A DNA stretch of 64,000 bases from a virus. Lineage: Duplodnaviria; Caudoviricetes. A model generated the notes under the pieces. The model worked only from the letters and a program-made list of their open reading frames with translations, had not been told where the DNA came from and searched no databases. Shown here one piece after another: positions 36,527 through 46,358 of this stretch (the stretch's first letter is position 1; the number at the start of each line of letters is the position of its first letter). The stretch is from IMG/VR virus record IMGVR_UViG_2907388146_000002, positions 9,120-73,119 of that record; one strand, written 5' to 3'. The position numbers were made by a program, and so were the translations under genes.

Positions 36527-37503
36527 TAATACGCACCGCCGCCAAATTGAACGTACTGAACATCTTGTCTCTCATTTGCGAGCATGAGAAGTTTACCGTT
36601 ATTAAAATTGATTGAGGCCTCTGTATATGCAAAACGAGTCATGTCCCGATTTAGGTGATTCGTGACTAATTTTTCATACACTCTTTCCCGACGTGATCTT
36701 ACAGTATCCGAAATTCCATCCTCGAATAAACCTAGTGCTTCTTGAACCTCCGAATCATCGGGTGAAATCATAAGTGTACGAATCTCTTCCTCAGTAGCGT
36801 TTCGAGCGAGTGCCTCCGCGATTTGACGCCTATACATTTTTGTGATTAATTCATACGCTCGACCCGATCTTTCACCGTTCTTGTCATATACGGCTAGCCA
36901 TTCAGCCCCTTTTGCTTGTCCATAAATTAGAGAATAGGTTTGTTCTCTCGTTAATCCTGTTTCCTCCATGAGAACATCGATATCTCCTAGTTCTGGTAGG
37001 TTGTACGTCGTAGCACGTTCAGAAAACTCTGGAATTGTCATTTTTTTTAGTTTGTCTGGATCTTCTCCCTCTCCGATCATATACTGAGCGATGTATCCGA
37101 GAATCGTTGCTTTGTTTCTTTCTTCTTTGTAGATTCGGTTCCAGTCTTGGGCTAAAAAATCAAAAATGCCTTGATCGGCTTCTTCTAACTCATCCCGAGA
37201 AATGACTCCTTTTGGGAAAAAGATTTTTCCTGTTTGCTTGGGAAGTTTGGAATAATCTTGAGATGGATTAGCTGTTACGTTGATTGTTCTCGGGAAAAAT
37301 GTAGGACGAACAAGGAGTTCACCGAAAAACTTTCTCCGTAAGACTCCCATTGCATCGGACCAGAGAGATTTTTGAATGTCGAAATGGATTCCCTTCTTTG
37401 GATCTCCAAGTAAGGCGTGTTGTAAGGAGATAAAATAGAAGAGCCAAGCGTAAGTAAGTTCCCGCAAGACCCTATATTCTGAAAGAGGGGATTCTCTATT
37501 CAT
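36526..37503 (-). CDS. N-terminal part of a gpF-like head morphogenesis protein
   Basis: RDMTRFAYTEASINFNNG...YVQFGGG motif; stop overlaps the next GTG by 1 nt. Confidence 0.6.
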   Translation of the reverse strand: MNRESPLSEYRVLRELTYAWLFYFISLQHALLGDPKKGIHFDIQKSLWSDAMGVLRRKFFGELLVRPTFFPRTINVTANPSQDYSKLPKQTGKIFFPKGVISRDELEEADQGIFDFLAQDWNRIYKEERNKATILGYIAQYMIGEGEDPDKLKKMTIPEFSERATTYNLPELGDIDVLMEETGLTREQTYSLIYGQAKGAEWLAVYDKNGERSGRAYELITKMYRRQIAEALARNATEEEIRTLMISPDDSEVQEALGLFEDGISDTVRSRRERVYEKLVTNHLNRDMTRFAYTEASINFNNGKLLMLANERQDVQYVQFGGGAY

Positions 37504-37544
37504 ATAGTAAAAACCCTCTCTAAAATTAAGAGAGGATTAAATTT

Positions 37545-38069
37545 TTACTCAATACCCGCTTCTCTGAGTAATTTACACGCTTTCCAAAACAGAACGTGAA
37601 GCACAGTATCCTTTCCTCTTTGATTGTCGAGGGACGAACAGACACTATCATATAAAACCTGTTTATCCTGGGAGGACAACTTTCCGATCTTTTCCGCAAA
37701 ATCAGTATCTGAGTCTTCAGTACCGGAAACAAGACCCGCGATTCTAAGTAATCTAAATCCCTTCCAGAATAGAATATGGAGAACAGTGTCTCGGGATTGA
37801 TTGTTTACCACCGAGGAATTGAGACTATCGAATAAATTTTGCCGATCTTCTGGATCAAGCTCCAGAACGAGGTTTGCTAAAATCACATCTTCATCCTGTA
37901 CGGACTCCATCTCTTTTAAATCGTTTCGTTCTATATCTTCAGAAGCGGGAGGTAAGGGATGCGGGGTTTGCAAAGAGGATTCTTCGCTAATAGCAGAAGT
38001 GTTTTCGGATTCTACTAATTCGGTATCATTGGGGACAGATTCATTCTGGATTGTTTCATTATTAGACAT
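37545..38069 (-). CDS. Hypothetical protein with a two-copy internal repeat
   Basis: D..LFDS...DTVLHILFWK and D..LYDS...DTVLHVLFWK; start taken at MSNNE. Confidence 0.65.
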   Translation of the reverse strand: MSNNETIQNESVPNDTELVESENTSAISEESSLQTPHPLPPASEDIERNDLKEMESVQDEDVILANLVLELDPEDRQNLFDSLNSSVVNNQSRDTVLHILFWKGFRLLRIAGLVSGTEDSDTDFAEKIGKLSSQDKQVLYDSVCSSLDNQRGKDTVLHVLFWKACKLLREAGIE

Positions 38070-38330
38070 TGGATTGATTCCTTTTTTTGAAGTTTTCCCG
38101 ATTGTAAAACGCATCCGGTTTTATCGGGAAAGGAATCTATTGGGGTTAAAGTTTAATTAAGGATCTGTAATTAATTCGGAGACATGACCGAAAGAAAATT
38201 CGGTTTGATCTTTAAATGCTAAGAACGATACGCAATGCAAAGGACATACGTTTTGTTGTTGGTTTGTAAAAGGGCTTTGAGTCAAAAGATCTTAAAACCC
38301 GTTTGTTTTAATCGATATGAGAAAGTCTTT

Positions 38331-38789
38331 TCAACCGGTCATTTTCAGAATTCCCTTGAGAATCTTTCTACGAAAAAGCTCTAATGCTGTTATTCGATTC
38401 GCAATTTCAAACCGCCTTAAATCTACGGGAAATTCTAAAAGCGTTCCGATACTTGACAAAACGAGAATGACTCCTGAATCTGTTTCAAGAAACATTCCGC
38501 CAAATGGACCTGTAGAATTCTTTTTTGGTTTACGATAAATCTCCTGGATGATTCCATATTGACCCTCCTCTGGATATTCATATCCTCCTCGCAAAGACTC
38601 GATAAGTCTTACTTTATCTCCGACTTTGAAGACAACGTTCCTATTTAATAGCTCGGAAATATCTTCTATTAAGTCCTTTTTCTTTTCTCTGGATAGGGTC
38701 GCAAACTCCGCTTTCCGATCTTCTATATCTTTGATCAATCCAGCTATAATCTGCGCTCGTTTGCTAAAGTCATAGTCGTCAAAAATCAT
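38331..38789 (-). CDS. Hypothetical protein
   Basis: 152-aa ORF, AGGAT upstream. Confidence 0.65.
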   Translation of the reverse strand: MIFDDYDFSKRAQIIAGLIKDIEDRKAEFATLSREKKKDLIEDISELLNRNVVFKVGDKVRLIESLRGGYEYPEEGQYGIIQEIYRKPKKNSTGPFGGMFLETDSGVILVLSSIGTLLEFPVDLRRFEIANRITALELFRRKILKGILKMTG

Positions 38790-39104
38790 ATCCTTTCCTA
38801 TATGTTTTTTAACAAATTCAACACTTATAATAGGCTTAATGATTTTTAATCCTCCATAGTATAAAATGTGAATCCATTTCCCTTAAAACGTTTGTACTTC
38901 ATTTGCACAGTGTCCACTATTTATTTCATAAAGAAAACAAATTTCAGATTTAATGTAAGGAATGAGGAAACTATGACTTTAGCAAAAACCAAAGGTATTA
39001 TAATTTTGAAGTGTTTTTAGATAACTATTTTAGAAGTTTACGGCATTTACCTATTTCGCCTTAACATTCTTATTTATAATATGAGGACTCATGGCTTTTG
39101 TTCG

Positions 39105-39743
39105 TTATTCAAAGCGTTTGTCAACTTCTGGTATTTCCGGTGTTTTTAAAACAATTCTTTTAATAAAAGAAACCTTGTGAAGCGATTCCCATCCGTATAA
39201 TTGGATCATACTTGCGTATTCCAATGAACGAGAAATCATACGAATTGGATCCGCTCCAAAGAAAAGTTCTAAGATTATCTTTTCATATTCTTTAATTGAA
39301 TAACTTTCAGGGTGTAATCTAAATCCTAAATGTGCGATTTCCTTTTCTAATCTACTAAAATTGAGTTTAAATTGTATCCTATCCAGTTCATAAAAATAAA
39401 GAATCAAGGTTGCGCAGATAAGCAAAACCTCTGAAATTCCTATAAAATAGAATGATGGCCCATTTAGGTCCAGTCTTGGAATTAATCCAAGGAATGCCCC
39501 CGATAGAAACGAAGTAAAATAAAGCCAAGACTTGACAGACTCCGTTTTTTCAGTTTCAAGAAAATTTCGTAAATGAGAGATAAATATCGACCACCAAAGA
39601 ACTAATTCGGCAGTCTTTTTGTTTCTTTTTAATTCATCCAAGGAATTGCGCGGCAATTCACTCCCTGATCTTGCCAGACAAATTTCCAATATACGCAGGT
39701 GGGCCTTGTATTTCGGAAATAGATTGATTTCGCTTGGATTCAT
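39105..39743 (-). CDS. Hypothetical membrane protein
   Basis: Two hydrophobic segments; AT-rich. Confidence 0.6.
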   Translation of the reverse strand: MNPSEINLFPKYKAHLRILEICLARSGSELPRNSLDELKRNKKTAELVLWWSIFISHLRNFLETEKTESVKSWLYFTSFLSGAFLGLIPRLDLNGPSFYFIGISEVLLICATLILYFYELDRIQFKLNFSRLEKEIAHLGFRLHPESYSIKEYEKIILELFFGADPIRMISRSLEYASMIQLYGWESLHKVSFIKRIVLKTPEIPEVDKRFE

Positions 39744-39813
39744 ATTTGCAGGACGGTCGCGACAAATACAATTGGCGAGTACTTTTTTCTTGCACTAAAA
39801 AAATCTTAAATTT

Positions 39814-41280
39814 CTATCTTTTCGAAAATTTATTTGGATCTATCCCAAATCTCTCTAAACGTTTATTTCTTATATCGGATACGGTTTTGGGTCTACTTTC
39901 TACCTCATTTTTTACAGTAGAGTATGATCTTGTTATTATATCTCTTTTTCTTCCGATAATTTTTAAAGCCCAATAGCGCAAGGCGTCCATCGCGTGATCG
40001 TGATTTTTGATCGGAATCTCTTTTGCATTCCTACCGTCTTTTTGGGGTTCCCAGGAATAAATTGATAATTCTTCGATCGTATGAACACAAGTTCTAAAAA
40101 TTCTTAGTTTTACCCCGTGTTCTGACTCTAATAATTTTATGAGAGCCTGGATCCCGGTTGAAATGTCTTTATCTGCGGCGAATGTTACATATCCACATTC
40201 CGCCATCGTCGCGCGGTCTTCCGCGTCGTGATCGGCAACGATCCAAAGATTCGGTTTCCTTCTATCTCCTATTAGTTCGCAGTGCTTACGAACTGTCTGT
40301 TCCGTGAGATAATGTTCATCCGCCAAATACCAGGTTTCGTTTGCTTTGTCGAAAAATAACCAAAGGAATACAAATGGATTTGTATAACCAAAATCCACGG
40401 TTCCGGCGCAGTCCCAGTGATCCGGAATCTTGAATGGCTCGACAATTGCAGACTCAAACATAGGATAGACAAGACCTTCAACGTCTATCCATAACCCCAG
40501 ATACAACCGGTCTCTTTCGACTCCGGTAAGCTCCGAGAGCATTTGTTTATATTCGTCTGTGATAAAAGGATTGTCTAGTGGCGTCCAATGACGACGCGCC
40601 ATTCTGCTGAGTCTTCGGGAGGAAAGAACTTCTCCCGTTTCGGGATCTTGTTTTAATACAAAATACTTGTATATCCAGTGAAACCGGTTTCTCGGATTAC
40701 AATCTACGATCAGTTTGTTCGTTAGCTCTTCTCTTACATAGGAAAGTCTGGTTTTGATTTTTTGAAATGTGCCATAAGATATCTGAGTCGCTTCGTTCAA
40801 AAATATGGTATTGAACTCAGTTCCCATGATCTTCTCGACACGATCGGAATCATCGAGTCCCGCTCCATAGATTTCAGCTCCGTTTGTAAATGTGATTACA
40901 TGGTCGCTTTCATTGATCGTATAATCTCTATCCTTTACAAATCCCATCTCCTTCAAACACGGAAGAAGGGTCTGTCTCCAAACACTCATCCTAAGATGAT
41001 TGAGTCTGTATCTGGCTATTAAGTGTCTTGATCCGGCGGAGATCCAAGCGCGAGAAATGATCGCCTTGATAATTAGGTAGGTTTTCCCACTACGAGCCCC
41101 GCCGTCGTAACAGATTTCTTGGATGGAATGATTTGCCCAATCTTCGTCTAGGGCAAGAGACTGTTTTTCTGAAAAATACTTACTTCTGTGAATCGTCTCC
41201 GTCTTGGCTTTTTTTGGATCTATCTTTAGAAGTTTCTTCCTTGCCGACACTAATCGTTTTCCCGCCAATGATCTTCTCAA
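39814..41280 (-). CDS. terL: Terminase large subunit (PBSX-like)
   Basis: DGGARSGKT Walker A, IFLNEATQ Walker B, VDFGYTNP nuclease motif, NHDHAMDALRY; exact start uncertain. Confidence 0.9.
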   Translation of the reverse strand: MRRSLAGKRLVSARKKLLKIDPKKAKTETIHRSKYFSEKQSLALDEDWANHSIQEICYDGGARSGKTYLIIKAIISRAWISAGSRHLIARYRLNHLRMSVWRQTLLPCLKEMGFVKDRDYTINESDHVITFTNGAEIYGAGLDDSDRVEKIMGTEFNTIFLNEATQISYGTFQKIKTRLSYVREELTNKLIVDCNPRNRFHWIYKYFVLKQDPETGEVLSSRRLSRMARRHWTPLDNPFITDEYKQMLSELTGVERDRLYLGLWIDVEGLVYPMFESAIVEPFKIPDHWDCAGTVDFGYTNPFVFLWLFFDKANETWYLADEHYLTEQTVRKHCELIGDRRKPNLWIVADHDAEDRATMAECGYVTFAADKDISTGIQALIKLLESEHGVKLRIFRTCVHTIEELSIYSWEPQKDGRNAKEIPIKNHDHAMDALRYWALKIIGRKRDIITRSYSTVKNEVESRPKTVSDIRNKRLERFGIDPNKFSKR

Positions 41281-41818
41281 TAGAACCGGGAAGTTCTCCT
41301 ACGCCGGTGATAATTTGAAGATTGAATTGGCTTTTCTCATCCGGAGATCCGGATTCGTTTCGAATAGTATCAGGTAAACCCAATGATCGGAGTAGTTCCC
41401 TGAGGAGCGTATTTCGAGATTTAATCAGATGGGCAAGATCCTCGTTGGAAATCTCAGGATCATAGATTCGTTTTAGGATAAAATCCAGAAGTTCAGTGGA
41501 TTCGGTATTCATACGTGCAAGAGCCGTTGAAGCGTTAGAAATCAGGGAAAACTCCATTTTTTCCCTCACTTTTCCTACAATTTCCTCACGATCTGCGTTC
41601 CAACCGTTTCTTTGGATTAGATTATCGAGCTTTTTGTAATCGATATTATATTTGCGGCAGAGTTCTTCTCTCGAAGTAGCACCTTGAATATATGCTATCC
41701 TGATTTTTTCTTTTATCTTCGCCGGGAGCTTTTCAGGTTCAGACGTGCGTTTTGATGAAGCACCGTCTTTACTACCCTTCGTCGTCTTTCGGGCAGGAAC
41801 TTTCTTTTTAGCTACCAT
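41180..41818 (-). CDS. Putative terminase small subunit
   Basis: HTH-like N-terminus, directly upstream of terL. Confidence 0.6.
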   Translation of the reverse strand: MVAKKKVPARKTTKGSKDGASSKRTSEPEKLPAKIKEKIRIAYIQGATSREELCRKYNIDYKKLDNLIQRNGWNADREEIVGKVREKMEFSLISNASTALARMNTESTELLDFILKRIYDPEISNEDLAHLIKSRNTLLRELLRSLGLPDTIRNESGSPDEKSQFNLQIITGVGELPGSIEKIIGGKTISVGKEETSKDRSKKSQDGDDSQK

Positions 41819-41876
41819 TAAGGAAGAACTATAACAGAATTCGTTTTATCATAATCACGGATTAAAGGGATAAAAT

Positions 41877-42857
41877 TTAGGTCTTTCTTGAATGGGAAGA
41901 ATGTTCTAATTTCTTTGAAATACGAGACAATCGATCATCCGTTTCCGAACAACTTCTTTCATCCAGATCGATTCCAATAAATTTTCTTCCATTCTTTAAC
42001 GAAACTTCTCCCACGGTGCCCTCTCCCATAAATGGATCAAGAACTGTCCCTCCTTTCGGACACCCGGACAATACACAGATTTCGAATAATCTTTCTGGTC
42101 CTACAGCCGTATGTTTTCCTTTCGAATTTGGAGTTGCGATTTGCCAAACAGATCTTCGTCTTGCAGTAAAATCCTTTGAACGAGCTTTATTTTGTAGGAT
42201 TCGTTTTTTAATTTCGGAAGGGTCTTCAGCTTTGTGTTCTGAATAGTTTTTTAACCCCTCACCTTCATACTCACCGTGTTCGTTAGCACCCATTGATTTT
42301 AAAATAGCGGGCAGCGTTGGTTCCCTGTGATGCATTCCTCCGAGTGGAACCGCAACTGAACGAACATCAAAATAATATTTCTCGAGATCCAAAACAAAAA
42401 TAAGAGCGTATTCATGAGATTGAGTAAATCTCCTTTTTACGGATTCAGGTTTACACGAACCTATGTTTCCCACATCTGTTGAAATCGATTTCGCCCAAAC
42501 GATTTCCTGGACAAAGATATATCCTTCCTCTTCCATCATATCCACAAACCCGGAAGGAATACGAAGAGCGCGGCCATGCTGAAACGAGTCGCCAATATTG
42601 ACGAAGATGGTTGCTGAGTTTTTAAGTCTTTTCTTTGCCTCTCGAAAAACTCGTCCAAGGTGGAAAAAATATTCCCAAGGTGCGGCCTCTCTTCCAATTT
42701 CTAAATTAGAATAAGGATGATCTTCAGACAAATAGTTTCGTTTCTGAAAATATGGCGGGGAAGTTACAATACAGTCGATACTATTTTCATGATCAACTTT
42801 CGAAAAAGTTCCTTGTAAAATTCGATCTGATGCTCCGCACGAAATTTTGTAATTCAT
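41877..42857 (-). CDS. Orphan beta-class amino-DNA methyltransferase
   Basis: IVTSPPY catalytic motif before VLDPFMGEGT SAM-binding motif. Confidence 0.9.
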   Translation of the reverse strand: MNYKISCGASDRILQGTFSKVDHENSIDCIVTSPPYFQKRNYLSEDHPYSNLEIGREAAPWEYFFHLGRVFREAKKRLKNSATIFVNIGDSFQHGRALRIPSGFVDMMEEEGYIFVQEIVWAKSISTDVGNIGSCKPESVKRRFTQSHEYALIFVLDLEKYYFDVRSVAVPLGGMHHREPTLPAILKSMGANEHGEYEGEGLKNYSEHKAEDPSEIKKRILQNKARSKDFTARRRSVWQIATPNSKGKHTAVGPERLFEICVLSGCPKGGTVLDPFMGEGTVGEVSLKNGRKFIGIDLDERSCSETDDRLSRISKKLEHSSHSRKT

Positions 42858-43765
42858 TTCATTCTATCCTCGCAGAGTATTGCAATGTCTTCGAACAAGG
42901 CCGTGGAACATTCCCATTTTCCGCCTTCCAATTCTGCGATATAGGACTGAGAGTATCCGAGGGCTTGCGCGAGTTCAAACTGAGTCATCCGAGCATCTTT
43001 TCGTAATTCCCGGATCCTCGAGGCCGTCTCCGAATTCTCAAATTTAAAATTCTTGTTAAATGACTTTGACCGGGCCGCGTCGGCCGAATCCCGAATTACG
43101 TCCTTAAATTTTCCTTTCCATTCATAATTTAGGTTTTTACCGTTCACTTGGAGAAGGAAGTTTCCATCCGACAAGTCGGATATACTTACCCGAAGGCCTC
43201 TAATTTTTTTATTTTCCCAAAGCCCTCGTAGTTCTTCGAGTGTGACCTCTTTACTACTTCCCGAACGAATCTTTTTTAAATCCGATTTTATAGTAGCAAT
43301 TGGAATTCCGGTATCGTTTGAGATTACATCTAAACGATTGTTTTTGATTTTGTTCCCTGTGAAAAATTCAGGACAATAGACTTGATAGATTCGGACTCGT
43401 CCTTGATGTCCGAAGTGTCGTCTTTTCGTATTCCGAGAAATGATATATGCGATTTCATTTTTGGGTGAAACAATATATCCAGAAATGAACGTCCATCCAA
43501 GGAGTTTGACCGCATGGACCCGGTTTTCACCGGAGAGACAAATATATGAATTAGTTTCCTCGATATACCTGACGGAGATCGGCTCTTGCAAACCGAACAT
43601 AGCGATGTCTATTGATAAATTTCGGATAAAGGCTTCGGATTTTCGTTGAAAGAGTTCTGAGTTCTTTGGATGGAACTGAATCCGGTCCAGTGAAATTTGT
43701 GCGATGGGAGGATTTACCTCCGATTGCACCGAGTGAATTAAACGTGGTTTGATTTGATCTTGCAC
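42854..43765 (-). CDS. ParB-like N-terminal domain protein with C-terminal XRE HTH
   Basis: GLQEPISV...LSGENRVHA; IRELRKDARMTQFELAQALGYSQSYIAELE. Confidence 0.75.
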   Translation of the reverse strand: MQDQIKPRLIHSVQSEVNPPIAQISLDRIQFHPKNSELFQRKSEAFIRNLSIDIAMFGLQEPISVRYIEETNSYICLSGENRVHAVKLLGWTFISGYIVSPKNEIAYIISRNTKRRHFGHQGRVRIYQVYCPEFFTGNKIKNNRLDVISNDTGIPIATIKSDLKKIRSGSSKEVTLEELRGLWENKKIRGLRVSISDLSDGNFLLQVNGKNLNYEWKGKFKDVIRDSADAARSKSFNKNFKFENSETASRIRELRKDARMTQFELAQALGYSQSYIAELEGGKWECSTALFEDIAILCEDRMK

Positions 43766-43840
43766 ACCCCATGCGTATCTTTACAGCCCCGAAAGGGTCC
43801 ATTCTGGATTCTGAAAGAACAAAAAATATTTAAGGACTGT

Positions 43841-44587
43841 CTATTTTTTTATTTTTAATTTCTTTTTCTTTTTTTGATTCTCCAAATCCAGTTCGATTGC
43901 GTGTTTTAATCCTCCAAAAGGACGGAGTTGTTTTGCTAATTTAGCTTTTTCGATTTGCAGTTTTTTTGTTTGCGAATCAATACTTTGAACTTGTTTCACA
44001 ATTTTGTGTATGGTCGAAAGTTTCTTCTTATCAAGATCTTTGAGTTGAATCGGAGTCGGTTCATTTCCCGAAAGGATCGCTTTCGCTTCTTTTAGGTAAC
44101 GCTGGTTTGTCCTTAGAGATCTACCAAAAGTTTTTGTCAAAACTTCAGACAAAGGAGGTCCTAACTTCTTTCTTTCCTCCGGTGAAATATTCCCACGAAA
44201 CTCTTTGAGTATTCTTTCCTTTCCAAATTCTTTGATGATTGCTTTTACCGTATCTTCATCGCTCATCGCAAGACCGGAATTATTGACCGAATACATTACA
44301 TACCGGCGGACATCATCCGTAAGGTCCGAAACTACCATTTTTGCTAAAATAGTCGGATGATTTGCCTTTTTGTTACCCTTTGATCGACGGTCTCCGTTTA
44401 AGAGCCAATATTTTCCGTTTTTTGTTGGGTGTTTTACGACAATTATGGCTTCTGTAACCCCGTTATTTTTGATATTCTCATTGAATGCGTCTTCTTCCTC
44501 TTTGGGAACTTCTCGGGATATCAAATTTGGATGTTTTACAAGATCAGATTGTTTAATTCGAAAGGGGTCTGAGTATTCTATTTTCAT
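43841..44587 (-). CDS. ParB-like N-terminal domain protein
   Basis: NIKNNGVTEAIIV...LLNGDRR. Confidence 0.65.
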   Translation of the reverse strand: MKIEYSDPFRIKQSDLVKHPNLISREVPKEEEDAFNENIKNNGVTEAIIVVKHPTKNGKYWLLNGDRRSKGNKKANHPTILAKMVVSDLTDDVRRYVMYSVNNSGLAMSDEDTVKAIIKEFGKERILKEFRGNISPEERKKLGPPLSEVLTKTFGRSLRTNQRYLKEAKAILSGNEPTPIQLKDLDKKKLSTIHKIVKQVQSIDSQTKKLQIEKAKLAKQLRPFGGLKHAIELDLENQKKKKKLKIKK

Positions 44588-44661
44588 ATGGACTAAATTT
44601 CTGGTTCTGGATAAAATTTAGTAAAGTCATTTTTCTTTCCAAAACCTCAGAGTTACAGAAC

Positions 44662-45666
44662 TTAGAAAAGTCTGGGACCGATTCTTCTTTCTGCCTCATC
44701 CGCAAATTTTGGGACGATTTCTATCCCTGTAAATTCGCAACCTAAATCCAACGCCACGATTCCTGTAGTTCCCGATCCAAAAAATGGATCACAAACACGC
44801 GGTGGAACGGGGTCGTATGGATGTTCACAAGACGGGATAGACTTTTCCTTGTATTGGCTCCCGCAAATTTTACAAACACCAATTCTACTCGTTCCAGCCT
44901 TGATACAATTTGAGATTAATTCCCGAGGGAAAGTCGCGGTATGCGAGGTTCTGGACGGGGCTGTTCTAACGGTCCAAACCGATCTTTTATTTCGGCGCTC
45001 CCAATAAACACGAGTGGGCGTTCCCCGATTTGCATTTTCTAAAGCCTTGGGGCGAAAACTCTTGTGACCCGGCATCAAACTTACTGCCGGTTCTGAAATT
45101 GCATCCGTATCGAAATAATAACTGGATTTTTTAGTCAGAAGAAATATGTATTCGTGTGCTGTTGTACATCTGTCTTTCACAGGCGAAGGCATTGGATTTG
45201 GTTTATTCCAAATAATGTCCTGTCTGAGATACCAACCGTCTTCCTGCAAAGCAAATGCGACTCTCCAAGGTATCCCTATCAAATCTTTTTTCTTGAGTCC
45301 CTCAACCCTTATCGCCAAATTAAATGACGACTGGTTCATCGAACCTTTTTTACCCTGGGTGATAGATGAACTTATTTGATTCGGTCCATTTTCCTTCTTG
45401 CTTCCAGAATTGTAAGAATCCCCAAGGTTTACCCAGGCAGTTCCTTCTGGATGCAAAACTCGTCTGATTTCTCGAAAGACTTCAACCAGCCGATTCAGAT
45501 ATTCTCCGGGAGCGCCTTCCAGTCCGATCTGTCCCGGATGACCATAGTCTCGAAGCCGAAAGTAAGGGGGCGAGGAAACGACGGTATGAAAATGATTCGA
45601 TGGGAATGTACGAAGATGCCCTAAAGCATCTCCAATGAAAATTTGGTTTCTTAAATTTTGTTCCAT
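44662..45666 (-). CDS. Orphan beta-class amino-DNA methyltransferase
   Basis: VVSSPPY, WYLRQDIIWNKPNPMP and DPFFGSGTT motifs. Confidence 0.9.
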   Translation of the reverse strand: MEQNLRNQIFIGDALGHLRTFPSNHFHTVVSSPPYFRLRDYGHPGQIGLEGAPGEYLNRLVEVFREIRRVLHPEGTAWVNLGDSYNSGSKKENGPNQISSSITQGKKGSMNQSSFNLAIRVEGLKKKDLIGIPWRVAFALQEDGWYLRQDIIWNKPNPMPSPVKDRCTTAHEYIFLLTKKSSYYFDTDAISEPAVSLMPGHKSFRPKALENANRGTPTRVYWERRNKRSVWTVRTAPSRTSHTATFPRELISNCIKAGTSRIGVCKICGSQYKEKSIPSCEHPYDPVPPRVCDPFFGSGTTGIVALDLGCEFTGIEIVPKFADEAERRIGPRLF

Positions 45667-45693
45667 CCTGACTGGCCTTCTTTGGCAAATCAG

Positions 45694-45719
45694 AATGTAA
45701 ATTACGTTACTCTATCGGA
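45694..45719 (-). promoter_or_regulatory. Putative late promoter TCCGAT-N14-TACATT
   Basis: Motif copy at the head of the MTase-ParB-terminase block; 27 nt to ATG. Confidence 0.55.
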
Positions 45720-45728
45720 AAAGACTCC

Positions 45729-46322
45729 TTAAGCGGCAACTCCGGTCGCATCGATCATGGCTTGAAACGGATCTTGTGCAAGATGAAATTCATCGTAATA
45801 TAACAACTGTCCTTTGAAAACCCGGATCGTTCCAATACAATCGGAAATTGCCCTGTGAACAGTCCTCGGTTCCATTCCGGAATAAAAACGAATCGCAGAC
45901 TTTAAATCATGCCTCCCTGACTCTCGATTTTTAAAAATCCGGTACGGATCAATTACAAGTGAGGAAGGAAGAGGACACAAGTCTCCGATTCGAGCAAAAT
46001 CGTTTTTCATCAGGGGAATATCAAATTTGATGATGTTGTAGCCGCAAAGGGGAAGATCGGAGATAAAACTCTTAATCTTGTCTTTGATATCCGAAAGCAT
46101 TGGAGCATTTGCCACTCTTTCATCCGTAATCCCGTGAAGCTTTGTTGCCTGCTGTGGAATCGGCATTTCCGGGTTTATGAGAGAACTAAAAAGATTTGAA
46201 ATCCGAAATTGCCAGCCGTCCCAAATCAAATGAATCATTCCGATTTCGACAATCCGGTCCCGATAGATATTTAACCCCGTCGTCTCGAGGTCCAGAAAGA
46301 CTATACGAAATCCTTCTCTCAT
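45729..46322 (-). CDS. DnaQ-like DEDDh 3'-5' exonuclease
   Basis: LDLETTG, YNIIKFD and HRAISDC motifs. Confidence 0.9.
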   Translation of the reverse strand: MREGFRIVFLDLETTGLNIYRDRIVEIGMIHLIWDGWQFRISNLFSSLINPEMPIPQQATKLHGITDERVANAPMLSDIKDKIKSFISDLPLCGYNIIKFDIPLMKNDFARIGDLCPLPSSLVIDPYRIFKNRESGRHDLKSAIRFYSGMEPRTVHRAISDCIGTIRVFKGQLLYYDEFHLAQDPFQAMIDATGVAA

Positions 46323-46358
46323 TTTGGATTTTTTGAATCATTTTGGAAAAACATTTTC

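Noticed and set aside
38094-38131. TTTCCCGAT...ATCGGGAAA as a late promoter
   Set aside because: TACAAT falls at 16-nt rather than 14-nt spacing; better explained as a simple hairpin
41877-45666. Complete restriction-modification system
   Set aside because: No endonuclease-like ORF next to either methyltransferase
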